NCBI GenBank assembly: GCA_963514005.1
Contig: OY740790.1
Span: 51,832,001 to 51,896,000 of the forward strand
Direction: 5' to 3'
Length of the DNA stretch: 64,000 nt
Source: Raja brachyura
Lineage: Eukaryota
The translations under genes and the position numbers were made by a program. This document shows, piece by piece, positions 37,479 through 50,384 of the stretch (the stretch's first letter is position 1; the number at the start of each line of letters is the position of its first letter). The notes under the pieces are model-generated. The model was given only the letters and a program-made list of their open reading frames with translations, was not told the DNA's origin and did not search any database.

Positions 37479-38369
37479 CTGAAGGTAAGAATGAAAAGAA
37501 ACAATGCACTGATTTCACCTATTTTCACTTTCATCTGCTTCTCATCACCGTTCCTCATCCACTGTATAAATATGCCTACATTCCGGTATATATCATGGTG
37601 TCATTATTTTGCTTGAGTGCATTTTTCAACATTTAAAATAAACAAATTTTCTTTAAGAAGCACGCGTCTTTAACAAGGAATATTGCCATTCCTGCATTAG
37701 ATTCCTCTTCTCGACTGAAGAATTTGTTTTGAGAGAACGCATTGGAAAAAAGGCCAGGCTGACTTATCCACTTAATTCCTTTCTCCCTCCATCTTGGGGA
37801 GAAACCTCCAGCAGACGTTGCCAGGGTCCTAAATGAGATTTGCTACTTGCTACTTGGAGATTAGGCAGTGATCAGTCCAACTATCACTGGCACCTGTTAA
37901 GACATGGGTGAGGTGGGTATACATGAAGTCTCTCACTTGGAGGTTGATCAAATCTAAAGATGCCAGTGCTTAGATCAATGGAAATATAGTCGAGCTTGTG
38001 TAGAAAGGAGATGAGGAAGAATTTCTTTAGTCAGAGGGTGGTGAATCTGTGGAATTCATAGCCACAGACGTATAGGTATTTGGGTATTTTTAAGGCAGTG
38101 CTTCAGAGATTCTTAATTAATAAAGGTGTCAGGGGTTATGGGGAGACAGCAGGAGAATGGGATTCAGAGGAAAAGATGGATCAGCCATTATTAAATGGCA
38201 GAGTAGACTTGATGGGCTGAATGGCCTAATTCTGCTCCTGTAACTAATGAACTTATGGACTTGACCAGCGTGAAGCTGAGAAGTCCATATGTCATTTGTA
38301 AAAGAGCAGATGGTTTATAAAACATGACAGAGAGGATCCTCAGGCAGAAATTGACAACATTATCTTCTA

Positions 38370-41300
38370 ATTGTACTTCGGAGTCACGTGAGTGATACGT
38401 GAAGAAATCCCGCCAGTCCACATGCGTGTCATTACGTCTGACGGATGGTGCAGCGACCGGCTGGGAGGTGCATCGCTCCTCCAGCAGGTACGTTTTAAAA
38501 CCTCAGGTAAGTGTTAAACTTAGTCAAAGGTCGCTTTCTGTGTTAGAGTAATTCTTGTTTTCAGGATACAAGTTTTCAATGAGGGAAAGCGTTTACAATG
38601 AAGTCTAGGCGAGCCAATGGGAAAGCTGTGGAAGACCGCGGGAGTGAGGAGTGAGGGTAGCGGGCGGCCGCCTAGTTCACCTATTCAGTCGCTAGCGGGT
38701 CGACCAGCGACTGCAGACTTGGTGCCTGAGAGCACCATGGCCACAAGCAAGGTGACTCGAAAGTCTGCACGGCCCACAGACTCAGATGAGTCGGGCCAGG
38801 GGGGTTCCCCTCCAGGAATGGATACCGTTTTTGCACGGATGCTCCATCAAGACACGCTCCGGCAGGAGTGGTGTCTACGCCGACTTACAGGACAGCCCGC
38901 GCCAGCAGCGCCTGAAACAGGACTGCTTAATCGCTCCCTCTTGGAGGAGGTGAGCTTAACGGGTCAGTTTGATTTTTGACGCCGAGTCTATGGGTATAGC
39001 GGTGGAGCATACCCCAAAGGATGAAGGGCACGAGCCAGAAGTACCATTCCTGGAAGCAAGATTTGCCATCCCAAAAGAGTCAGGAGAACCGCTGGGTGAT
39101 GAATTGGCTGCAACCATAAATTATCTGGCTTCACATCAGCTGTCTAATCCATAGTCAGCAAATGCTGACTATGGATGAGACAGCCAAAAAATATGAGACC
39201 CCGGCTAACTGTGTGCTACTTAAAGTACTGATGGTAAATCACGTTATATGGGGCCATATGGGTGTTGGCATCAGGACTCAAGAAATGAAGCTTCAGAGGG
39301 TGCTGAAGTTGCTCGCCTCGGGCATTACTGCATTGATGGACGGGGGGCACCTGTCTGATACACAGCAGGATGCCTTAGCCCTCATGTGCAATGCACACTT
39401 TGAAATTAATTATTTGAGGAAAAGTGCCATTCGCCCTACCATCAACCCAAAATGTGCGGCGCTGTGTAAACCCAGCAACATTCAGCCACCAGATCTGCTG
39501 TTTGGGGAAGACTTCGCAAAAAGAGTTAAAGAGCTCAATGACGAGGCAAGAACGGTGGGACTGATTAAAGCACCGATGGTCAGCAGGATGGTTCGGTGGC
39601 AGTTCCCCTACAGACGAATAGCAGAGACCAGGTCTGGTCAAGGAACAAGCCGGCCATTCGTTAATGTGCACAGCTGGCGCGCTCCAACTGGGGCACGAGC
39701 AAACATGCCTTTTATCCACCAGGAACCGGGGACAGCAAATTCCACCGGTAACCATGGAAGTCTGGTTCTTATAGGAACATATTAAATGAGAAACACCTAC
39801 AAGTTAGGGGGCGATTACACTTGTTTCTAAAGGAATTACATGAGATAACATCAGATCCATTTATATTGTGCAGTGTACAAGGTTTTTGAATTGAATTCCT
39901 TCCCAATTTGTGTCCACCCACTCAGCATGTTCCAAGCCGGACACTTGTTTTCTCACAAAAAGAAAAGATGGAGGTACAGGTAGAACTTGAAAAATTATAC
40001 AAAAAAGGGGTAACTGAGAAGTCGGTTCGCCAACTCCACCAATTTGTGTCTAATATTTTTCCTAGGTCAAAAAAGGATGGGGGATGTAGAATCATCCTCG
40101 ACCTGACGAGCCTTAACCCGTTTGTACAGTATAAACATTTCAAAATGGAAACTTTTGTTACTGCCAAACAATTGGTTTCCAGAAGATGTTATATGGCATG
40201 TATAGACCTTAAAGATGCATATTACTCAGTGCCTGTTCATAGGGAGATAGGAGATATTTGAAATTTAGCTGGAGGAGTCAATTATGGCAATTCAAAGCAC
40301 TGCCTAATGGATTAACCTCAGCCCCTAGATTATTTACGAAACTGTTAAAACCAGTACTGGGGATCTCCGGGCTCAGGGTCATGATGTAATGGCCTATTTG
40401 GATGATATTGTAATCATAGGAAAGACTCGGGAAACGGCTGAATCATCCATTTCATTTGTTAAGCTTAATTTTGAGAGATTGAGGTTTCTCATTCATCCAG
40501 ATAAATCCAAATTAACACCAGTCAGAGTTATTGATTATTTGGGATTCACTATTAACTCAAATCCCATGTCAGTGACTCTGCCCAAGGACAAAAGGCTAGA
40601 GTTATTTGAAGTCTGTATCAAGTTCATAGAGGAGCAACAACCTTCAATTAGACAGGTGTCAAGCTTGATTGGCAAATTAGTGGCTGCTTTTCCAGCAGTG
40701 CAATTTGGACCCCTGCATTACCAAAATTTACAACGTGCAAAGGAACAGGCACTCAGGATACATACAGGTCATTATGACAGGCCCATGCAATTACCAGCTA
40801 AAGCCATTGCTGACGTGCACTGGTGGGTAAAGAATATCTCAAGTTCTTCCAGCAAAATTCTGGTTGACCAACCTTCCATTGTCTTACAGACTGATGTCAG
40901 TGCTCTAGGTTGGGGTGCTACTGGTACAATTTCTAGCTGTAGAGGCAGATGGAATATGCATGAGGCACCTCTTTTGCAATCACATGGGATTAGAAATTTT
41001 GGGAGCTTTAGAGCTTTTAGGAGCAGTGTATGGGCTTAAGGCTAATTGCTCTACTAAGTGTCACTTGCATGTTCAGCTTCAGATGGACTACACTATGGCA
41101 GTGGCATATGTTAATCATATGGGTGGAATCAAGTCGGAATCTTCAAATAGATTGGCTAATCTGATTTGGAACTGGTGTATTACCAGAAACATTTGGATTT
41201 CAGCTATCTACCTACCAAGTAGATTCAACATAGTGGTAGACACCAGGTCACGCAAATTCAATGACAACACAGAATGGATGTTGAATCATGAGGTGTTTAA

Positions 41301-43088
41301 CGACGTTGTTGCTCGGTATGAGATGCCGGATATTGATTTGTTTGCATCCAGACTCAACACCAGTTACCTAAATATGTTTCATGGGAACCAGACCCTGGGG
41401 CAGTAGCGGTTGATGCATTCTCGCCACATTGGGGTTGAATGTTTTTATATGAATTTCCCCCATTTTGCCTCATCAGTCAGTGTCTGCTCAAGATCAAGCA
41501 GGAGTCCGCCTCAGGAGTATTAGTGGTACCCGACTGGCCTACTCAGCCATGGTTTCCTCTCGTTTTGGAAATAATTACACAACCCCTTATGACTGTTCCC
41601 AAACGTAGTGACCTACTGGTGCACCCTGTAACTGGCGATCAACATCCTTTACATGACCGTATTGATCTGTTAATTTGCAGAATTGAGGAGACCATACCTG
41701 GGGCAAGGACTATCCAATCGAACCGTGGATGTGATCATTGCGGCCTGGAGGGATAGTACCCAAAAGCAGCACATCTCTCATGTCAGGAAATGGGAGGTGT
41801 TCTGCTTACGGCAGAATATTACATATCACACGGTATGCATCTCAAATGTGCTAGAATTCCTGTCAACTCTCTATTTTGATGAAGGGTTAAGCTACGGTGC
41901 GTCTGTACAGCCAGGAGTGCCCTGTCCTCATACTTGTGGATGGGATCAGAACAACATTCTATTGGGTCTCACCTCCAATATCTCGATTTATGAAGGGAAT
42001 TTTTAATTCCAATCCCCCCAGGCCCAGGAATTCAGTAATCTGGAGTGTAAGCGTTTTATTCACGCTGCTTCGTCAGTGGACTCCCATCACATCCCTGTCT
42101 TTGGCAAAGTCACCATGAAGGTAGTCATGCTCATGGCACTGGTTTCAGCACAACGGGTGCAGACATTGCAGAAGTTGTGGCTAGACAGGATGGTAGCGTC
42201 TGCAGATATCATTACGTTTTACATTTATGATCTACTCAAGCAGAGCAGACCAGGGGTGACAGGGTGTAAGATCATTTTCTCGGCATACCCCACAGATTCA
42301 CGACTATGTGTTGTGTCACACTTGCTATATTATATCAAGGCCACCAAAAGCCTCAGAGGTGTGGAATCAGCATTATTTATTAGCCACAAAAAAACGCATA
42401 GGAAAGTGTCGGTTCAGACTATTTCAAGGTGGCTGAAGCAGGTTCTGGTTTGTGCAGGTATTGACACTGACAATTTTAAATCTCATTCCACCAGGGTGGC
42501 ATCAACGTCAGCGGCCAGGGCAATGGACGTGCCCCTCGACCATATCCTTGCGGCTGCAGGATGGTCAAGTGAATTAACTTTTCAAAAATTCTATCACAAA
42601 CCGATTGCCGAACCAGGGTTATTTGCCCATTCAGTTTTGAGTTCTGTTTTATAGCTTCCCCCTGGGACAGTGGGGTTGCTATTGTTTTTCTTTATTAAAA
42701 TAAACCATTAATACGTTCAAATCAATGTCATGGTTTAATGAATTGTTGATTATTAACTCATCCTGAGTCAATCGATACAGTGAGACGCCTGGATTTGAAT
42801 CTACGGCAAGAAATCACAGAGCTTTGAAATCTTCACGTAGTCACTCACGTGACTCCGAAGTAAAATAGTAAGATTAAACGAGAACTTACCAGTTTGAAAT
42901 TTGATCTTTATTTTATGAGGAGTTGCGATGAGTGATTACGTGCCCATCACTCCCAACCCTCCGCATGCGCGTCAATCTTCAAAGCAGCGGTGTGAAATCA
43001 CAGATAACCGTAATTGAAGTATCATAGTAAGATTAGAAACATAGAACTACCAGATGAACTTTGTGATATGAGGGTTGGGAGTGATGGG
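38370..43088 (+). mobile_element. Near full-length degenerate DIRS1-like copy with rearranged 3' end
   Basis: 5' terminus ATTGTACTTCGGAGTCACGTGAGTGA. Frameshifted gag (38617-39785), RT/RH/MT (39908-41690, YLDD, FPPF) and YR (41683-42654, HSTR, AAGW, FYHK). ICR at 42830-42942. Confidence 0.95.
39790..42654 (+). pseudogene. Frameshifted DIRS pol and tyrosine recombinase genes
   Basis: At least seven ORF fragments in alternating frames, colinear with the ORFs of the intact copy. Confidence 0.92.
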
Positions 43089-43402
43089 TGGCGTGGTGGC
43101 GCTGCAGTATAGTTGTTGCCTTACAACACTTACAGCGCTGGAGACCCGGGTTCGATCCCGACTACGGGTGCTGTCTGTATGGAGTTTATGTGCTCTCCCC
43201 GTGACCAGGTGGGTTTCTCTGAGATCTTGTGTTTCCTCCCACACTCCAAAGACATACAGGCTTGTTGGTAAATTGGCTTGGTATAAGTGCAAATTGTCCC
43301 TTGTGTGTGTAGGGCAGTGTTAATGTGCGGGGAGCGCTGGTCGGTGCGGACTCGGTGGGCCGAAGGGCCTGTTTCCGCGCTGTATCTCTAAATTAAACTA
43401 AA
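43089..43402 (+). mobile_element. tRNA-derived V-SINE (HE1-like)
   Basis: A/B-box head (GGTTCGATCCC), V-domain GGAGTTT...CTCCCCGTG...GTGGGTTT...TTTCCTCCCAC, CR1-like tail GGGCCGAAGGGCCTGTTTCC, (AAACT)n end. Confidence 0.88.
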
Positions 43403-44235
43403 GATAAGGCTAACTTTCTACCAGGCAGTAGTGTTCACTGCCATTCTGCACGCTTTGTGTTATGGACCAAGTAAAATGACCTATTGCCTTCAACAAGGAA
43501 TGCACAAAATCCTGCAATTGCCTTGGCCAGATAAATGGGGCTTCTCCTTACAGACCATCATCCCATCACAAAGGCCGTAATTACTCTCAGTCATCTCTTG
43601 GTGGACAGGCCACATCACTCACATGCCTGACGGGAGACTCGTAAAACACACTCTAGACCTAGCTCTTCTCATGGTAAAGGTTTACAAGCCAGAGCGTGAA
43701 ATGCCTCTTTGATATAAATGTAACTCTCCCATTGAGACACAAAAGATTGTGGACAGTGGGGTTTTTAGTTAAAAAAACCCACAAATTGCTGGAGGAACCC
43801 AGCAGTCAGTCACCATCTGTCCCTCCACAGATAGAGAGTGTCTGTGAAGAGACAGATGCTGCCCCTTACATTGATCCAGGGAAATATCATTCCCATTGAA
43901 CGGAATCTCTTCTCCATGGCCACACAAAATGGAGAAAGAACATTTGGGGTGGCATTGAGAATCTATTGTTTGGAGCACACAGAAATGTTGTACATGGCAG
44001 AAGGATATTTTATCGAACAACTGATAAAATATCCACATGCTTGCTCCATCAAGCACTTGCTTCCCCATGTGGGAGAATCTGATGACCCAATATGGTCTCA
44101 TTAGCTACCGCAGAGTCTACGAAAATAGAGTGGAAGCCAGTCACCTTCAACTTCAAGGGGCTACTCAAGTGGGAGATAGGGTAAGGTAGGGTACTGTTGT
44201 GAGGGAGGGAGGCAGGGAGGTAGGTAGAAAGGAAG

Positions 44236-45547
44236 CAGGCACGTGCCGTCAGGGTAGGCAAGGTAGGCACTGCCTACCCTGACTAAAATTATAACATAGT
44301 AATAACTAAATATAAATAATAAAGGCATGGGAGATTTATGCCTATGTAAGAGACCGATCTCTTAGGTAGGCATAATTCTCCGTGCCTTTCATCCGCAGCG
44401 CTTGTAACACGGGAAGGTCTGTGCAGCCCACATGCCATCAGCGCTGCCTGAAGCCGTCACTTTCAAGCGGGGCTGAAGGCAGCAGAAATTCTGCCTTTGC
44501 AGCACTGCGCATGCGCATCAGTCTACTGTGCATGCGCAGCGCTAGTTTCTTGGTGGGGTTTTCAAATATGGTTTCTCAATATTTTAAGTGTATCTTAGGT
44601 AACAAAGAGAGAAGAATGGAGTTTGTGTACCAATAATGTGGTAAGTACATTTTGTGTTTATGTTTTTAAATACTGTATTTCCCGGAGTGTGGGGGTGAGG
44701 GGAGAGCTCCTTTCACAGCGTTTGGGGAGTCTGGCCCGGGGTAAAGTTGTGGGAAGGGCACGAATGTTATGAATGAGGGGATTGGGATAATGCCACTTGT
44801 GACGCTCCTTGCACGGAGGCGTGCAATGACACCGCATTGAGGCCGGGGGAGGGGGGAGAGAGAGAAGTAGCTCGGGTGGCTGAGCGGCCGCCGGGCTGGA
44901 CAGCGGAACCAGCCGCCACCTTCGCTCCTTCTGCCGGTCCCCGCTCACCTCTGGCAGCTCTCCCTCTAAAAACCTCTCTCCTGCCGCTCGCTGGCCTCAC
45001 TCATGTCCTCAAATTCCGACAGCGCAATTGAGGTTACTCGGCTGTGGGAATTTAAGGATTTGCAGGAAGCTGCTGACATGAGCGAAGTCAGCGAACGGCA
45101 GGTGACAGGTGTTCCGACGGAGAGCACTGCCAAAGGTGAGCGGGCCAGCAGAAGGCGCTGAAATGGCGGCCAGTTCTGCTGTCGGGTTCCGGTGGTCGCT
45201 CGCAGCTCCCCGAGCTGCTTCTATTCCCAGCTACAATGCGTGGCTTCGCGCCCAGAGAGCTGCGGCACCGGTGAGTGAGTGAGTTACTGGCAGTATCCCC
45301 AACACCCTCCTTCTCAACACTCGTGCCCTCCCCACAACTTTACCCCTGGCACAGACTCTCCACACGCTGTGAAAGGAACTGTTCCCCCAATTGGTCTAGG
45401 ACTAGGAAGCCTTGGGCAAATTGAAATGTCACTGTTTTTATTTATTTATTTATTTAACGGAGAGAACAATCTGTGCATGCGTGGTTTACATTTTTTTTAA
45501 AGCGGACTGAGTGCCTACCCTGAGTAATTACTCACGGCACGTGCCTG
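44236..45547. mobile_element. Non-autonomous hAT-type element
   Basis: Perfect 14-bp TIR CAGGCACGTGCCGT. Perfect 8-bp TSD AAAGGAAG at 44228-44235 and 45548-45555. No transposase ORF. It splits a (GGTA)n-like simple repeat. Confidence 0.9.
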
Positions 45548-45979
45548 AAAGGAAGGTAGGTTGGTAGGTAGGTGGGTTTGGGTTGGTTGGTGTGCGGGTT
45601 GTTAGGTAGGTAGGTAGATAGGTAGGTTCTGTACAATTTCAAATTGTATTGCATAAATTTCATGCTCAAAACAACTTTCCCTCTTTGCCAATGTGATATG
45701 TGCAAGACAAGATTAAATCCAGTTGTATGTTGGGTGTGAGCCTAAATGGAATGGGGTTGGAAATGCCTAAGCTCTTTGTAGTTGGAATTTGTATGGCTGA
45801 GTATCCCTTTGGTTGAAAATATTTGTTGGGGCAAGAATATTTAATCCTTTCATTAGATGTCAACATTTCCATTTCACAACTATAAAACAGAATCTAGAAC
45901 CCAGACTGAGTATGTGCTGAGCAAGATAAGACCGAACTGCCTTCTGAACCTAATGGGTATAGCGAGAGGAACCTGGTAT

Positions 45980-46300
45980 TTAAAAGTGCTGGAGTATCTC
46001 AGTGGGAACAGGCAGCATCTCTTGAGAGAAAGAATGGGTGACATTTCGGGTCGAGATCCTTCTTCAGGCTGGTTAGGTGATAAGGGAAACTACAAATATA
46101 GACGATGATGTTGAGAGATAAATGAATGAAATACATGCAAAAAAGTAACAATGATAAAGGATGTTTGTTGGGCGAATACGAGAAGCTAGTGCGACTTTGG
46201 TGGGGGAGGGATAGAGAGATGGAATGCAGGGGTTACTTGAAGTTAGAGAAATCAATAGTCATACCACTGCCCAAGCGAAATACGAGATGCTGTTCCTCCA
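45980..46300 (-). mobile_element. Penelope-like element 3' end
   Basis: Reverse complement of EEQHLVFRLG...IDFSNFK* and of the hammerhead-type repeat at 46038-46068. Confidence 0.8.
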
Positions 46301-46774
46301 TATTGAGCGTGTCTGTATTTGAGTTCCAAGTTCAGTGTACGAGGAATAAATGCTGAGAATGGTGGGTGCCTGGAACACACTGCAAGGGGTGATAGTGGAG
46401 GCAGATATAATAGGTACATTGAGGAAACTTTTAGATGAGCACATGAATAGGCAGAGTAATAAGGACTACTTATTGGCAGAGGAGATGAACTTGGCATCAT
46501 GGCTAGCACAGACATGGGTTGAAGGGCCTGTTCCTCTGCTGTACTGTCCCATTCACTTCCAATGTGAGTAAATTATATTCTTCAGAATCCTCTTCATTAG
46601 CTTTTCCAATACTGATGTGAGGCTCACTGTCCTATAATTTCCTGGATTATCCCCATTTCTCTTCTTAAACAGCAAAACAACATTGGCTACTCTCCAGGCC
46701 TCTGAGGCTTTACTTGGAGCGAGAGAGGATTCAAAGATCTTTGCGAAGACCTAAGCACAATCTTCAGCAATCTA

Positions 46775-47213
46775 CAGTGACTAGTGGGGTGCCGCAAGGC
46801 TCGGTGCAGGGACCCCAGTTATTTACACGAGGGAATTAATCTCCATGTTTGCGGATGACACAAAGCTGGGTGGCAGTGTGAGCTGTGAGGAGGATGCTAT
46901 GAGGCTGCAGGGTGACTTGGATAGGTTAGGTGAGTGGGCAGATGTAGTATAATGTGGATAAGTGTGAGGTTTTCCACTTTGGTTGCAAGACAGGGAGGCA
47001 GATTATTATCTGAATGGTGTCAGATTATGAAAAGAGGAGGTGCAACGAAACCTGGGTGTGCTTGTACATCAGTCACTGAAAGTAGGCATGCAGGTGTAGC
47101 AGGCAGTGGAGAAAGCTAATAGCATGTTGGCCTTCATTGCGAGAGGATTTGAGTTTAGAAATGGCGGTGCTGGCTCGAAGGCCTTCTCCTGCACCTATTT
47201 TTCTATGTTTCTA
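46775..47213 (+). mobile_element. Internally deleted CR1 fragment
   Basis: GVPQGSV, FADDTKLGG and a TTTCTATGTTTCT tail. Confidence 0.85.
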
Positions 47214-47369
47214 GAATCAAACTCATAAGATCAAGAACATGCATTTTCATGTTCAGCCTAAAGAATTTACCAGGAATTATGGGAAAAAATGAAGGCAATG
47301 GTGCAGGGCTTTCAGTGGAAATATATATATAAATACAATGAACAAAATAACTCTCTTTGTACTTTTTAC

Positions 47370-47532
47370 CACAGATCCTCTATACCCAAACGTTTCTCGG
47401 GAGAAACATTTCCAAGCTTCCATGCACTTCTCTTGATAGGACGTTGCACTGTCTGGCCGCTTGCATTTATCCTGAGGGGGTGAAGCACTGTGTTCATTGT
47501 ACCAATTTTCTACGGTATCTTTTTTAATGTAT
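47370..47532 (-). CDS. Putative host exon (phase 2/0): (E)YIKKDTVENWYNEHSASPPQDKCKRPDSATSYQEKCMEAWKCFSRETFGYRGSV
   Basis: TTTCTCTTCTGAACAG acceptor, GTG|GTAAAA donor; 163 nt open in the required phase. Confidence 0.55.
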
Positions 47533-47644
47533 CTGTTCAGAGAAGAGAAATATCAACTTATTTTTATTGTACCAACATTGACATGGAATTTAAAATATTT
47601 TTATTTTCCATCATATTTTCATACTAGATACTAGATGGGTATTA

Positions 47645-48115
47645 GAGTTGTAGTCATACAGCCTGGAAACAGGTCCTGCAGCTCAACTTGCCCACGCTGA
47701 CCAAGATGCCCCATCTACACTAGTTCAACCTGCCTGCATTTGGCCCGTATGTCTTTAAACGTGTCATATCTATGAACCTGTCAAATGTCTTTTAAATGTT
47801 GATATAGTACCTACCTCAACTATCTTCTCTGTCAACTCATTCCATATACCCACCTGAGGGGCAACTGTTTTAAAAAGTTGCCCCTCAGGCTCCAATGAAA
47901 TTTTTCCCCCATCACATTAAACTTAATGTCCGCTGGTTCTTGATTCCCCGACCCTGGGTAAGGGACTGTGTGCATTTACCCCATCTATTCCCCTCATGAA
48001 CTTACATACCTCCATAACATCACCCCTCGTCATCCTGCTCTCCAAGGAATAAAGTCCTAGCCTGCCCAACACTCTCCCTATAGCTCAGGCCTTCAAGTCC
48101 TGGCAACATCCTCAT
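47645..48115 (-). mobile_element. CR1 3' end
   Basis: Reverse complement of the family at 24285-24685. Confidence 0.85.
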
Positions 48116-48949
48116 ATTCCCGTATTCTGGGCATAGTAATCATTGTAAACTTATGACATTTCTTGGGCTTTTATGATTTGATTTACATTATTAAGGCTGA
48201 AATCATTCTATGTTGCAAATAAACTTTCTCAAAACCATAAGATATGGGGACCGTAAAAACATCAAACTGATGAGCAGGAGTGAATTATGCACCTCGCCAG
48301 AAACATGTCACTTCCCTTATTCAAGTAAATGCCAAACAAGAACTCATGGTTATTCATTAAGGCCCTAAAATCAGCTTCAGATCTCCCCTCCAATATTGGT
48401 TTGTCCATGCACGGTTTCCGTCATCCCTAGTTACTGTATACTTTGTAAAAGATGCAGCAAGGATCACCTGCAGTAAAGATTTCATATCCCTCCATTCTCT
48501 GCACTCTTTCCATTCCTTTGCGTATACAAAGATCTCTAAAATGCCACAATCGTATCTGCCTCAACTACCATCACCGTGTTCCAGGCACTCACCACCCCTT
48601 TTTGGGAAAAAACCTGCCTTGCACATCTCCTTTAAACTTTGCCCCTTCCCATCACCTCCTCTAGTATTTGATTTTTCCATCCTGAGAAAGAGGTTCTAAC
48701 TGTCTCCCCAGTCATAAGTTCGTTAGAAGCAGAAGTAGGCCACTCGGTCCAACGAGTCTACTCCACCATTCAATTATGGTTGATCTATCTTTCCCTCTTA
48801 ACCCCTTTCTCCTGCATTCTCCCTGTAAGCCTTGACACCCTTACCAATCAAGTATTTGTCAATCTCCACCTTAAAAGATACCCAATGTCTTGGCCTCCAT
48901 AGCCATCTGAGGCAATGAATTCCACAGATTGTCCACAGTTGTCCAGTCG

Positions 48950-49204
48950 GACGGTACATGTGCAATTCGAATGTCCCCTTCTTTATAAACCATTTCAAAA
49001 GTAGTCGCCAGGTTAACGTAGGTTGTCGCCAGGTAACGTAGGTTGTCACCGGTGCTGACGTCATTTTTTTTTTGTTGTTAAAGCAATGATCCTATTTCAA
49101 ATTTGATGTTGAAGGGGGGTCCAGTTGCCGGTTTTTCGGCGTCCAGCTACGACTATGACAGTCGCCGGCAGTCACCTAAAAATAGCTTAAGTGGGACAGG
49201 CGCA
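48950..49204. mobile_element. Partial family B MITE (one end only)
   Basis: CGTAGGTTGTCG repeats and terminal TAAGTGGGACAGGC match 4729-5119. Confidence 0.7.
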
Positions 49205-49382
49205 TAACTCAGCAAATCAGGCAGCATCTCTGGAGAAAAAGGATATGTGACATTTCGGGTCGGGATCCTTCTTCCGTCTTTTATCCTTTTCCTTCAGAGA
49301 TGCTGCCTGACCCATTGAGTTAATCCAGCACTTTGTGTCTATCTTTGGTATAAAGCACCATCTGCAGTTATTTGTTTCTACA
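49205..49382. mobile_element. Penelope-like inverted terminal repeat pair
   Basis: Same layout as 8000-8221. Further fragments at about 2178-2258, 5306-5415, 27090-27345, 30760-30873 and 59250-59330. Confidence 0.72.
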
Positions 49383-49467
49383 ATCTGAGAAAAAAGTTAC
49401 ATGTTTTTAGATAAATGTCTTTAGATTTTATCTTTTAAACAACCAGCAAGTAGTAAGGTTAGCTTAC

Positions 49468-49509
49468 TCCTTTGCACGGTGATACTGCATAGTTTCATAT
49501 TTTCTGCTC
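49468..49509 (-). CDS. Putative host exon (phase 2/2): (R)SRKYETMQYHRAK
   Basis: TTGTCATAG acceptor, GGA|GTAAGC donor; open in the required phase. Confidence 0.45.
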
Positions 49510-49873
49510 CTATGACAATGAAGTTGAGTGGCAAGAACGTGTCATTAAAAAGCTTTTTTACTTTGATAAATACTGTCCCTAATATTGGGCACCACATCTG
49601 TTTCTCACAGTGCAAATTAAACCCACGGTGAGACTAACAGTAAAGCAAGAGTATAGTTGTAGAGATTATCCAACAATTTATAATTCACGATTAATGCCCT
49701 CTGCAAAATAAGCTGCTTGCTCCTTTACATGCAAATAATCATACAAATAATGACTTGCTATACATTTCCAGAAGATTTTCCACCAATATTTTAACTGTCA
49801 ATGCATGGAACTTGATGGCTATTAATGTTCAAGCATGTAAATCAACAATAAGAATACACGTTCAAGTTAATAC

Positions 49874-49938
49874 CTTTCTTGACATTTTTCCAGCTTTCCC
49901 GAAATTTCCACAGAGTCAGCAATTGTAGAGGACACAAC
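49874..49938 (-). CDS. Putative host exon (phase 0/2): VVSSTIADSVEISGKLEKCQE
   Basis: CTTTCTTGTTCAG acceptor, AAG|GTATTA donor; phase matches both neighbours. Confidence 0.5.
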
Positions 49939-50384
49939 CTGAACAAGAAAGTTTTTAAGCTGATTAAATGTGTTCGCCCTCTCACTTGTAAATCTTGTCT
50001 TTTGTCTCTCAGTCGCAAATTGCACCCTTCAGACTTGGTGCAATTGTTATATCATGTCACGGCAATCAAAGGAACATTAATAACATTTCAGAAATGCAAG
50101 TAGAATCTGTTATCATTTATCGAGTGTCAATAGGAAATGCAAAAGTGTTCAAATGGTTTCAATTTTGGCAACGTGTACCATTTCAATAAAAATAGCACCT
50201 TTCTGCATAAGTTACTTTTATATGGCATTGTCAGCAAAAAAAAACAAGTAATAAAATCATATCACCAGAACTAGCTTTCTGCAAACCACATGCTATTAAC
50301 AATTTTATTCAACCTCCTGAAGAAGATGGAAGGGGGCAGAGCATGTTAGTGAAGCATTGCTTTTCTGACAAAGTCTGTAACTGC

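Noticed and set aside
43089-43165. tRNA gene
   Set aside because: It is the tRNA-derived head of a SINE and does not form a full cloverleaf.
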